From: Candidatus Saccharimonadota bacterium
GTDB taxonomy: Bacteria > Patescibacteriota > Gracilibacteria > UBA1369 > 2-02-FULL-48-14
Assembly: GCA_016699145.1 (NCBI GenBank)
Contig: CP064962.1
Location: 1,110,001-1,142,000 of the forward strand
DNA length: 32,000 nucleotides
Direction of reading: 5' to 3'
Below, in pieces: positions 24,201 to 30,619 of the stretch (position 1 is its first letter; the number at the start of each line of letters is the position of its first letter). The notes below the pieces were generated by a model, which saw only the letters and a list, made by a program, of their open reading frames with translations, did no database searches and was not told the DNA's origin. The position numbers and the translations under genes were made by a program.

Positions 24201-26160
24201 GGGCCGGGCTCTCTACGGCGATGGCAATTCAAGCACTCTTTCTGATAATATTCTGCTCAACCCTCAAATTTGTGGCGATGATTCCGAGCCCATGATCATT
24301 TCACCAGATCGTTTGGATTTAGCCATCTTCTCCACCACTGATATTTCTGCGGATCAATCCTTCGATAGCACGAGTGAAATCATCGATGCATATTGGGATC
24401 TGGATGCCAATGTGGATGCCGATGGAGATGGAGAATTCACCAACGATGAAGAGCGTTTCGGATTGAACACCAGCATTGGTCCCTACACCGATTTAGAACC
24501 CAAAACAGTCACCCTTCACGTGGTGGATTCAGCAGGAAACATCGCTCGCAGAAGCATTGAAGTGAACTTGTACGTGCCTGCCATTGAAGTACACACGGCC
24601 ACTCCCGAAGTCGTTGCAGGAGGCACCGATCCTTCCAGCCCCCATTTCCCTTTCACCTTGGTGCGTGAACGCGAAGGAACTTTAAAAGAATTGGGCGCCT
24701 ACATGACAGATGAAGACGGCAATTTCATACTCCCCATGCAGAATTCAGATTTGCTTGCCGTTTATAACGCCGAGGGCCTGTCCATTGCCGAATTCAATCC
24801 CTTGACCAAGCAAGTCCAAATTTTAGATGAAGATTATGAGGTGAGGTTCATCACCGCTTCTGAAACGTGGCCTTCTCATCTTGCAGTGTATGAAAAATCC
24901 ACAGGCATTGTGATGGGTAATTTTATTTTCGTCACCGATTCCAGCTTGCCGATCACTCGTTTGGGAACCCCGCTTTCAGACTATGATTTGAGCACCTTAA
25001 ATCGTGTCACGGTTCACAGTGTGAACGACCCCAACGGTTATGATTTTGCAAACACTTCCATCACCGCTTACGATGAACTTGGGAACTTAGATTTCAAGCT
25101 CAGCAACACCGGGAACATCACCGTATTTGACTCACGTTACACTGTACTGCGTCGCGAAGCCGATTCGCTTGAAGATCCTTTGATTTTGGAAGTTTATGAC
25201 GAAGGCACTTTGGAGTTGGAAATCTGGCCCGGCATGGACAGCACTGTCTATTTAGAAACCACCGATGATTTGAATTTGCCGGCCTCTGCCCTCATTGAAA
25301 ACCATGGGTCTTCCACTCAAGACACGGAGCTTTATTTTGAAGACATTGATGCCGATGATCCTTTGTATGAAAAAATCACAGAACTCGTGCAGCGAAATGT
25401 GCTCGAAGGTTATGAAGTGGATGGCGATCGTTACTTTAAACCTGACAATCAAATCAACCGTGCCGAATTCACAAAAATCATTTTGAGTATTTTGTGCATT
25501 GTTCCTCGCGACGAAGCGGAAATTTTACCCGCTGTCTTCAACGATATTTTGAATGAATCTTCATGGTATTATCCCTATACAAAAGAGTCTTATTTATCGG
25601 GACTCATCACGGGTTATCTTGGTGAAAAAGATGCGACAGGATTGACTCCTTTTAAACCAGAAAACACCATCACCAGGGCCGAAGCGAGCAAAATTGTTTT
25701 GGAGGCATTGAATGCAGAAGGAGTGATTCGTTTGCCCGATCTGCAAAGCGACGGTGCATGGTACGAACCTTATATGGAAATTGCACAAGATTTAAGCCCC
25801 TACATGACGGGGGAAAGCACCGCGGGAACCAGCAATCATCTGCTCACTGCAGAAGAAGCTGCTCTGCCCAACCACGTGCTCACTCGCTATGAATTTGTAG
25901 AAATGTCCGTGCGCGTGCTGCAAGCCTACAATTGTTTTGCACTGGAAACTCCAAGCGATTATTTCAATGATGAAACCGAATGGCTACCCGGAATTCATGC
26001 GCTGCGTGAAGCGTGCAACACTTGTCCTTGTGTTTCTCAAGTGGATTATGCAGCAGAACTTAGACCGGGTGACTTTGTATTTGCTATAATCCAAAATGAA
26101 TGGGGTGAAATCTTTGGAGTGAGCCCCTCGGTAGAAATCCTTGCCCCTTCCTCGCCATGA
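18124..26160 (+). CDS. Giant mosaic surface protein, part B (frame open from 18103; most likely a continuation of part A)
   Basis: There is no ATG, signal peptide or promoter at its 5' end. FG-GAP/VCBS repeats are present (DYNGDGQMDVLVAYEDG, GDFNADGLTDLLIV, SDLNNDGYDDLVLAD). A DUF11-like segment reads GDELTYTLTLQNISGTTLNNIYISDTVD. A PKD-like domain spans 24340-24580. A C-terminal SLH triplet begins FEDIDADDPLYEKITELVQRNVLEGYEVDGDRYFKPDNQINRAEF (25334-25935). Confidence 0.9.
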   Translation: MVSEPKPHKPLASVDAEGNITLAEDGLLTQVVEGAAMTLPTRMQWRSFPDQILQAELFFVHGEAAVYEAHLVEENNAYSLLEEDGVTSLLKNSGVLARVRADGQIELLDPSLYLIVNAANQGLSLAVMENGQAVLQVNYERVWEEDVTLLESDHDLTDWSSLNAGIYIKPTADNEHAFEPISSGNSSLSPQGLALVDPTEELPKEMQASLGYTSLDQAEEDGTVGWEKENKNLLLFSAGNTAGVSNLFYVSEVGILLGDPTVSLPTANEANSLGFTEDVGTLISASQDEILELVDIDYNGDGQMDVLVAYEDGRIEVLQNHQAAQRLRSRGTLLKIENGIRSIDKGDFNADGLTDLLIVTEESCYADEMCLYEYDNIGGGFVAKNLSFSDIAAQPEQVEVSDLNNDGYDDLVLADENMVLYTVWNSAGGFYAVDEIKDFGLHSDSSIDLASQMLLRYSGLDSGSVSLPITVDARDTGNAQLDRFLNAVDTASAFTLETDGENGGGLEQKADTLFEHANAEVFNDVFSVSKSMSDENGGTAEVGDELTYTLTLQNISGTTLNNIYISDTVDAVFQFNAESLTCSDCSAVNLSEAQFVPADATRPFVFGPLDLANGADLTLTYHAELMHLPQLALMVGNDLFGDYVDDDRPDIGVSLDGNTTGELMVYYSDGSYTETLEEGILGSDLGAMTVEHVHYAERNYSPSTYAEEHETERASPFEDADEDGVPDFMGEMDPELGIPVPDSGYDAVAEVLGGSDQDGNGYYSSQEMFSSDVDADNDGLYDTIDRSNAGEGLILDPALDLLVGEGAEIDAEVALLDEQISGLTNQVEEVVSSFTCDGGCLALPGSVAFLASGTFHDPFTGTPLGYDVGTPVFGIMPNPSYVCTATACQATSVLRIYIAPTTTLGLGLGVCVAPYAVGQCYAFNIPLLQALGVCDAINGFVADSLSKASDFVEENGTVALNVLGSSGGTVAAPSGLSSSSYANYSPPLSTQTNIDIPGFPSVFTEWWKAQKMEFFKMLDLPDITFIYPDPKSLSSEFGGIRQRAQEESVSLDQASNPMVLDHEIKIQEMSSGILNLDKWLNMAHALPIIDIQTEKVYIHYPALTEEEVEIFQKDMGEWTVRTKSNFAIFKEQFELRRLAGEEISAAEEQAYDELVLAVDEAITAVESNMAILESYKDIPEQILEIRTMQAQYAKVIVCYLDAILDYTAGYLSENLQRVEAWAQFVVDLRDVVDGWQVLIDLSADFMDSCDKCTNQRYSGLQLLFSLFVFMPEFPVVELPKLPDIVIDVSHIQAGVDILWPDIEFVPERIDIPELPELVFPSARFNLDTELDIDLDIPTLPEFQLNFELPQLPALTLPELPSLPPPPSIPELDPTLKASLEVASNVLKLVCIIRSGFIPTPESQLKARIEEITERPGGTFVAADFASTVEWPAFNYDFLKRIEINTYLNLNADFTPLFDVMEHLGAQTEELSENTAEGISGPLQDLANEIQEALTGAGENTSIDIDAELNVDLESYVHPAVQTAELYKDDPLVQQNLIALQQVMHSLQSQIDAWAKDLPEEVRLEATDRLLALDDPLLNRYDEIAKENPNLDPEFLASIQETPLVGVLNLKNSLLAHVQNLDAENTRLLVMDDENFFRTLAAESSSSHFELAATQEEGYSTAAEWNLNALKKTSLDEVELSTESGAPEIESLDLEVQNQAFNTGLYIYNAEADVSTRLTAYAAETDETTHILFMDVDQDGDEDVIYSLGGDVYIKENHNESPRLQYVSTDPSEVTLSEELPAAGSMQKFEEKKNTHGESSFAFGASYEAVGYEFTMYDSLDAQEAAPNENVKRLLLLSEEENLKGVWSSEGDFTAETSGNPAMPSVAMSRLVATAVSGNVQLKNGAARTFIHDNAEWETSEPVLLQTVSPAVLELTYEESEARLEVPAYTVLSFGNDVGRRIRLESGEAYMIDPDTFLTEQDLEEGMMIFAGEIVDLETSNAEATLSTTEGGVFHLDEEEVFVMDRLLSPESPSAQVQLENGAYYTVGRALYGDGNSSTLSDNILLNPQICGDDSEPMIISPDRLDLAIFSTTDISADQSFDSTSEIIDAYWDLDANVDADGDGEFTNDEERFGLNTSIGPYTDLEPKTVTLHVVDSAGNIARRSIEVNLYVPAIEVHTATPEVVAGGTDPSSPHFPFTLVREREGTLKELGAYMTDEDGNFILPMQNSDLLAVYNAEGLSIAEFNPLTKQVQILDEDYEVRFITASETWPSHLAVYEKSTGIVMGNFIFVTDSSLPITRLGTPLSDYDLSTLNRVTVHSVNDPNGYDFANTSITAYDELGNLDFKLSNTGNITVFDSRYTVLRREADSLEDPLILEVYDEGTLELEIWPGMDSTVYLETTDDLNLPASALIENHGSSTQDTELYFEDIDADDPLYEKITELVQRNVLEGYEVDGDRYFKPDNQINRAEFTKIILSILCIVPRDEAEILPAVFNDILNESSWYYPYTKESYLSGLITGYLGEKDATGLTPFKPENTITRAEASKIVLEALNAEGVIRLPDLQSDGAWYEPYMEIAQDLSPYMTGESTAGTSNHLLTAEEAALPNHVLTRYEFVEMSVRVLQAYNCFALETPSDYFNDETEWLPGIHALREACNTCPCVSQVDYAAELRPGDFVFAIIQNEWGEIFGVSPSVEILAPSSP

Positions 26161-26738
26161 ATCTATTTTTGAATCAAAAACGTTTTATTCAAAGCAGCCT
26201 CGTTGTGCTTCTTCTTTTGAGCTCCACCCTGTGGGTGCAAGCCGATGAGAGCAATTCTTTAGAACTGTACGGAGTTGAAGATTATGCCTGTGCTGCAAAT
26301 CTTGCCGCTGCGGCCGCTCCCATTTTGGAAAATTATGAAAACGTTATGGATCAGTATATGAAAGTGGATGAACCCACGAGTGAACAATTTGAAAATGCCT
26401 TCATGCTTTATCGTTACGTCGAAGACAGCATTCAAGAAGAGTATCAAAACAACGCAACAACTTTGGGGGTCAATAAAAGTTTGTCTTTTTCAAATGAAGA
26501 ACTTTCCGTATGTCGAAACATGCGCGATCAACTGCTTGAATATTCCCGCAGCTTCATTTCCATTTTTATATCCGGTGCAAGTGCATCCAAAACCACCTTT
26601 GAATTTGTGGATGGTTTAAAGTCCATGAATGCCGATTTGAAAGACATGTCTCTTTTATTTCAACGCACTTTTCCAGGTCAATTCGTAGAAATGTCCAATG
26701 CTCTCCCTTGCTACGCTCATCAATGCCTAACTCAATGA
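26157..26738 (+). CDS. Secreted helical protein P1 (193 aa), member of the C-terminal-Cys set
   Basis: The ATG overlaps the giant-gene stop (ATGA at 26157-26160). The signal peptide is MNLFLNQKRFIQSSLVVLLLLSSTLWVQA. The protein ends ...ALPCYAHQCLTQ. Confidence 0.85.
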   Translation: MNLFLNQKRFIQSSLVVLLLLSSTLWVQADESNSLELYGVEDYACAANLAAAAAPILENYENVMDQYMKVDEPTSEQFENAFMLYRYVEDSIQEEYQNNATTLGVNKSLSFSNEELSVCRNMRDQLLEYSRSFISIFISGASASKTTFEFVDGLKSMNADLKDMSLLFQRTFPGQFVEMSNALPCYAHQCLTQ

Positions 26739-27352
26739 AATCTTTTTTCATTCAATACGGACCTTACTTTCTTCTCGCCTTTATAGTCGGTTTTCTTTTC
26801 CCTCGCCTGAGTGCAAGCAGTGTGCAAAGTGCCGCGATCAATTACGATGCCATGGAAAACATGGACGAAATGATTTTGGCTTTTCATACTGACATGAATA
26901 CCACCACCAATCTTTATTTAGAGCGGATGTTTGAAAACCCTCAGCCCAATGTGCTTTACCCCGCCGCCGCTTCTGGATGCGACGATGAAAATTTATCCAC
27001 CTATTGTCTGGCCGTGGTCTTGAACGAAAAATTATTGGCCTTTGAAACCGCAATGCTGAGTCGTAAAGACAGCCTCGCAGATTTGGATGGATCTGTTTCT
27101 TCGGAAGAAGCGACTCAATTTGCCAATCAACAAGTCTTGGTGGTGAACGAACAGCTCCAAAATGCAGAAGCCGCCTTGGACTTAACACTTTCCACTTACA
27201 ACCAAGTTCAAATGGTTTATCCGCTGCATCTAGAGATGGAAAATTTCCGGGCAAATCTAGAAAATTTTCGAGACAATTTAGCAGCCGTGCGGGACGTGGT
27301 TGAACTTTATCCTTCTAAATTCAATGGAGCCAGTACGGCTCAGTGCAAATGA
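26735..27352 (+). CDS. Secreted or anchored helical protein P2 (205 aa), C-terminal-Cys set
   Basis: ATGA overlap with the P1 stop (26735-26738); alternative starts are ATG 26723 and TTG 26708. The hydrophobic N-terminus is MKSFFIQYGPYFLLAFIVGFLFPRLSAS. The protein ends ...GASTAQCK. Confidence 0.85.
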   Translation: MKSFFIQYGPYFLLAFIVGFLFPRLSASSVQSAAINYDAMENMDEMILAFHTDMNTTTNLYLERMFENPQPNVLYPAAASGCDDENLSTYCLAVVLNEKLLAFETAMLSRKDSLADLDGSVSSEEATQFANQQVLVVNEQLQNAEAALDLTLSTYNQVQMVYPLHLEMENFRANLENFRDNLAAVRDVVELYPSKFNGASTAQCK

Positions 27353-28944
27353 AGCGATTTTTACTTCTTAGTTTCGGTCTTCTCATCAGCGCTACTTTGG
27401 GCTTGAAATGGGGTGAAGTTACCTTTGCCGTAAGTCGCTCCGAAGATTTATTGCAGACCCTTTTAAATGAAGAAAATATCACGGTAACAAACAGCAAAGA
27501 CCCTAAGGAGCTGCGTGCTTTGGCGTCGAATGAAGAACTGCCCTTTCAAAATTTGTATCTTTTCATGTTTCAAAACGTCAGCGACGGACCCTCAGAAGCT
27601 GCTTTGGAAGAATTACAAACGCGTTTGAGTATCGAAGCTTATCGCAATTACACAAACAATGAATTGGAACAAATCGTAGTGGAAGGCAATTTAAAGCCCA
27701 TCATTGAAAAACTGGATTCCGATTCTCGAGAAGAAATTTTAGAAGAATACACTTATTTGGTGGATCTCTATCAAAATGAATTGGAACTGCAAAGAGAATT
27801 TAGAAAATTTGCCTACGAAGCCGTGGCGGATGAAATGTTTTTCAACAACGATTTGAATGACTCCGCGAACATCGACATTTTGCACGATTTGGATTTGGCG
27901 CATTACGTGCTCTTCGGTTCCGTCATTGAGTACCCAGATCGCAGTGGGGAAGAAGCCGTGGATTTGGCTTCGGAGCAAAATCCCGAGCTCACGGAGCCGG
28001 TAGTGACTTTGAGCTCAGACGCAATCAGTCCTTACACCTGTTTCGATGATGTGGCTTTGCGCGAAGCTCTCGAAGTTTATTACGAAGCCAATCCCGAAAG
28101 TGAAGAAGAAAGGGAGGGAAGTCAGGGGGGAACAAATTCCTCTTCTGGGGGAGATGTAAATGAAGCAGCAGAAGCAGAGCAAGCCGAAGACATTTTAGAT
28201 GATTTGGATGAATTCATTGCCGATTTACAAGGCACCCCCGGGGACTGGAGCCGCTCCTTGCCTTGCAACGAAATTTTTTGTATCACCGTGGATCTTGTGA
28301 GCGATACGGAAGATCCCGTTTCAGAAAACAATTATGAGCCCACTTCCAATTGCGTGCTCTGTCATCTTTCTTACATCAATCAACGAATGGAAGAGACTTT
28401 GAGCAAAAGTTTGGTAGCCAACAAACCCTCTCAAAATTGGTTTGAAGATGCCACCTGTAAAGAAGCCGGTTCTCAAGTGGATTTAGACTTCAATGTATAC
28501 TTGGTGCCCATGCCCATTGAATTGGACCCTGGGGATGACATTGAGGAGCGGCCTACCGAGCGCATTGCTGAATTGCAAGAAGCGTTGATTTCTTTAGGGC
28601 ATTTTGCTCCAAGAAAAAGTGCTTTCGATCGTGCAACGGAAGACCTTGAATGTGAAAGCATTCTCCATTTATACGACGCAGCCGATTCCGCTGTTTCTAT
28701 CGAAAAAATCCAAGAGGCCTGCGTCGTCGCTGCCGCCGATGCCCAAGCCCAAGTGGATGAAGTTTTTGAAAAACTCAATTTTGAAGCCAGAGCAGAAAAT
28801 CAAAATATGCTTTACGAACAAGCCTCTGCCGAGCTTTACACCATGCTGCTGCTTTTCCAAAATATTCAAGCTGGGTTTCAGCAAAGTTACCTCACTGATG
28901 ACGCTCCGCTCGCCCATTTAATGTCTAAAAATTATTGCAAATGA
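27349..28944 (+). CDS. Secreted acidic helical protein P3 (531 aa), C-terminal-Cys set
   Basis: ATGA overlap with the P2 stop (27349-27352); the track start is GTG 27343. The signal peptide is MKRFLLLSFGLLISATLGLKWGEVTFA. It has an internal Cys cluster (LPCNEIFC...SNCVLCH) and ends ...MSKNYCK. Confidence 0.85.
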   Translation: MKRFLLLSFGLLISATLGLKWGEVTFAVSRSEDLLQTLLNEENITVTNSKDPKELRALASNEELPFQNLYLFMFQNVSDGPSEAALEELQTRLSIEAYRNYTNNELEQIVVEGNLKPIIEKLDSDSREEILEEYTYLVDLYQNELELQREFRKFAYEAVADEMFFNNDLNDSANIDILHDLDLAHYVLFGSVIEYPDRSGEEAVDLASEQNPELTEPVVTLSSDAISPYTCFDDVALREALEVYYEANPESEEEREGSQGGTNSSSGGDVNEAAEAEQAEDILDDLDEFIADLQGTPGDWSRSLPCNEIFCITVDLVSDTEDPVSENNYEPTSNCVLCHLSYINQRMEETLSKSLVANKPSQNWFEDATCKEAGSQVDLDFNVYLVPMPIELDPGDDIEERPTERIAELQEALISLGHFAPRKSAFDRATEDLECESILHLYDAADSAVSIEKIQEACVVAAADAQAQVDEVFEKLNFEARAENQNMLYEQASAELYTMLLLFQNIQAGFQQSYLTDDAPLAHLMSKNYCK

Positions 28945-29993
28945 AAATAAAAAAACTCAAATTCCTTATTCTTTTTTGCTTGGGGGCCACACTTCCATTG
29001 ATGCAAGTTTTACCCGCACCCGCTCAAGCCGCAAGCTTCACGTGCATGAACAATTACTACGATTTCATTCTCAACGTCAATTCTGAAAACTTGCGCAGCG
29101 AAAATCTAAAAGACATTTTTACCTTGGGCTACTGTCCCCTCAATGACATCCTGCTTTTGGATGATGAGTTGGACACACTGAAAACCAATTTTAGAAATGC
29201 CGCCAACGCTTGCGAATCCACTCTTATTTACGAAGAAGACTATGAACGTATCCTTATGGAGATGTATTTTGTACGCCATCTTCAAGCAGGGGAAGCCTTG
29301 AATGCAGTGGATGCCGCCCAACTGGAACAGCTTACAACAGAAAAATTAAACACTTTAAAAAAAGAAATGAAGACTGCTTTTGTGGACATAGAGCAGCGTG
29401 TGGATGAATCCACTTTCAACCGTTATTTTGAACAATGGACTTTCAAATATGAAGACCGAGTGGCCAATTATCGAAACTGTGAAGAAGGTCCTTGGGCCGA
29501 ACTCACAGTCACTTGGGAAGACTTCACCGAAACCATCCAAGAATTAGATTTTTCAGTGGAAAGAAATGAACATGAATCCTTAAAAGAAATTTTGATTCCT
29601 AAAGTGGACGTGGAAGCCGATGAAGACATGACGGCTCTGGGCAATAGCATCAAAAACGTTTGGAATTATTTAAAAACCAAGAAAGAAAAAAACAGAGCGA
29701 ATATCGATCCTGCCTTGAGCGTTTCAGAATTGACTGTGGCAGGAGGATCAGTGAGTTTTGATGAGGCTCTGGAGCAATTGAATTCCAGTGTTTCAGAATA
29801 CGATTTGGAGCTACGCAGCGCCGACCGCATGAGTGAATACGAAATCCTATACGGGGCAGGGGGCTCCGTGCAATCCACCAACCTCCAAAGCATTATGCTA
29901 GCCCTCAATGAAGTGTTGACGGAAGTCAACAATAAAGACCTTCCCAGCATCGCTGGAAACACCGCCCTGATTTCGGACAAGCAGTGCAATTGA
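28941..29993 (+). CDS. Secreted helical protein P4 (350 aa), C-terminal-Cys set
   Basis: ATGA overlap with the P3 stop (28941-28944); the track start is TTG 28935. The signal peptide is MKIKKLKFLILFCLGATLPLMQVLPAPAQA. The protein ends ...LISDKQCN. Confidence 0.85.
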   Translation: MKIKKLKFLILFCLGATLPLMQVLPAPAQAASFTCMNNYYDFILNVNSENLRSENLKDIFTLGYCPLNDILLLDDELDTLKTNFRNAANACESTLIYEEDYERILMEMYFVRHLQAGEALNAVDAAQLEQLTTEKLNTLKKEMKTAFVDIEQRVDESTFNRYFEQWTFKYEDRVANYRNCEEGPWAELTVTWEDFTETIQELDFSVERNEHESLKEILIPKVDVEADEDMTALGNSIKNVWNYLKTKKEKNRANIDPALSVSELTVAGGSVSFDEALEQLNSSVSEYDLELRSADRMSEYEILYGAGGSVQSTNLQSIMLALNEVLTEVNNKDLPSIAGNTALISDKQCN

Positions 29994-30000
29994 TCGACCT

Positions 30001-30180
30001 CTAAAATCCGCGAGAAAGCAAAGAAAAAAACGTATACTTTTTTTTGAGTACGACAGGTTTTTTGCCCTTCACTTCGATTTCAACCGATTCCCGAGCGGCC
30101 CCCAAATCCACCATACAATAGGGACAAAGTTCTTTTTTGAGCGAGATGAGTTTGCCGCAAGAGAAGCAATTGAACAGCAT
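30001..30180 (-). CDS. Possible 59-aa zinc-ribbon protein (CxxC...CxxC)
   Basis: Own translation of the minus strand from ATG (30180-30178): MLFNCFSCGKLISLKKELCPYCMVDLGAARESVEIEVKGKKPVVLKKKYTFFSLLSRGF, with a stop at 30003-30001. It is below the 60-aa track cutoff, has no clear RBS, and lies 45 nt downstream of the HTH gene. Confidence 0.35.
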   Translation of the reverse strand: MLFNCFSCGKLISLKKELCPYCMVDLGAARESVEIEVKGKKPVVLKKKYTFFSLLSRGF

Positions 30181-30225
30181 GGCGAGGCGTGGAGGTTAAG
30201 GGGAATAGCGTGGCGACGCTTTGTC

Positions 30226-30399
30226 TTAAATGATTGTTTGTTTGAGAAGGAAATCTTCCAGATCCTCTTCACGGATCCGATAGACTCGGCCAAATTTGAT
30301 GCTCCGCAGCTTCTTCTGTTTGATGAATTTCAGAACAGTAAGGTGGTGGAGCCGCAGAGCCTCGGCGACCTCTTCGGGAGTGAATAGCCGCGAGACCAT
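30226..30399 (-). CDS. Small helix-turn-helix DNA-binding protein, excisionase/MerR-like (HTH_17-type), 57 aa
   Basis: Own translation of the minus strand from ATG (30399-30397): MVSRLFTPEEVAEALRLHHLTVLKFIKQKKLRSIKFGRVYRIREEDLEDFLLKQTII. This fits the pattern (short N-terminus)-T-x-x-E-(A/V)A-x-x-L-x-(V/L)-x-x-x-T-(V/L)-...-G-R-x-x-R-(F/I)-x-x-x-D-L-x-x-(F/W)-L of excisionase-family HTH proteins. It is below the track cutoff. Confidence 0.75.
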   Translation of the reverse strand: MVSRLFTPEEVAEALRLHHLTVLKFIKQKKLRSIKFGRVYRIREEDLEDFLLKQTII

Positions 30400-30619
30400 T
30401 AAACTTTGTTTAACTTGGCATTACTTTATAGTGCTTGATTTCACTTTGCAATGGAATTCATAATTTTTACTGTTTTTATTTAAGTCTTATTATTTTAAAT
30501 CTATTTTTTAGCATTTTATACTATTTTATATAAATTAATTATATTTAATTAAGTTTTATTAAAGCAACCAGCCTTTTTTTAAGGCATGCAAAAACAAATC
30601 AAATTCATCAAAAAAACAC
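30400..30619. other. Very AT-rich ~220-bp spacer between uvrA and the HTH gene
   Basis: Example sequence: TTTTATACTATTTTATATAAATTAATTATATTTAATTAAGTTTTATTAAAG. It is far more AT-rich than any other part of the window. It contains candidate minus-strand promoter hexamers for the HTH gene (TTGCAA at 30446-30451; TATAAA or TAAAGT around 30423-30430) with uncertain spacing. Confidence 0.5.

Noticed and set aside
11180-29993. Diversity-generating retroelement or other template/variable repeat pair targeting the giant protein or P1-P4
   Set aside because: No reverse transcriptase gene is in the window, and I could not spot a ~100-nt near-repeat with A-specific mismatches by eye. This cannot be excluded without a computational self-alignment.
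29994-30070. A7-CGTATAC-T8 element (30024-30048) as a bidirectional terminator between P4 and the minus-strand mini-genes
   Set aside because: Only A-T pairs could form the stem, around a 7-nt loop, which is too weak to call. It also lies inside the candidate zinc-ribbon ORF.
30069-30293. 74-aa minus-strand track ORF
   Set aside because: Its sequence is implausible (…RRHAIPLNLHASPCCSIASLAANSSRSKK…). It overlaps, out of frame, both the well-supported 57-aa HTH gene and the zinc-ribbon candidate.
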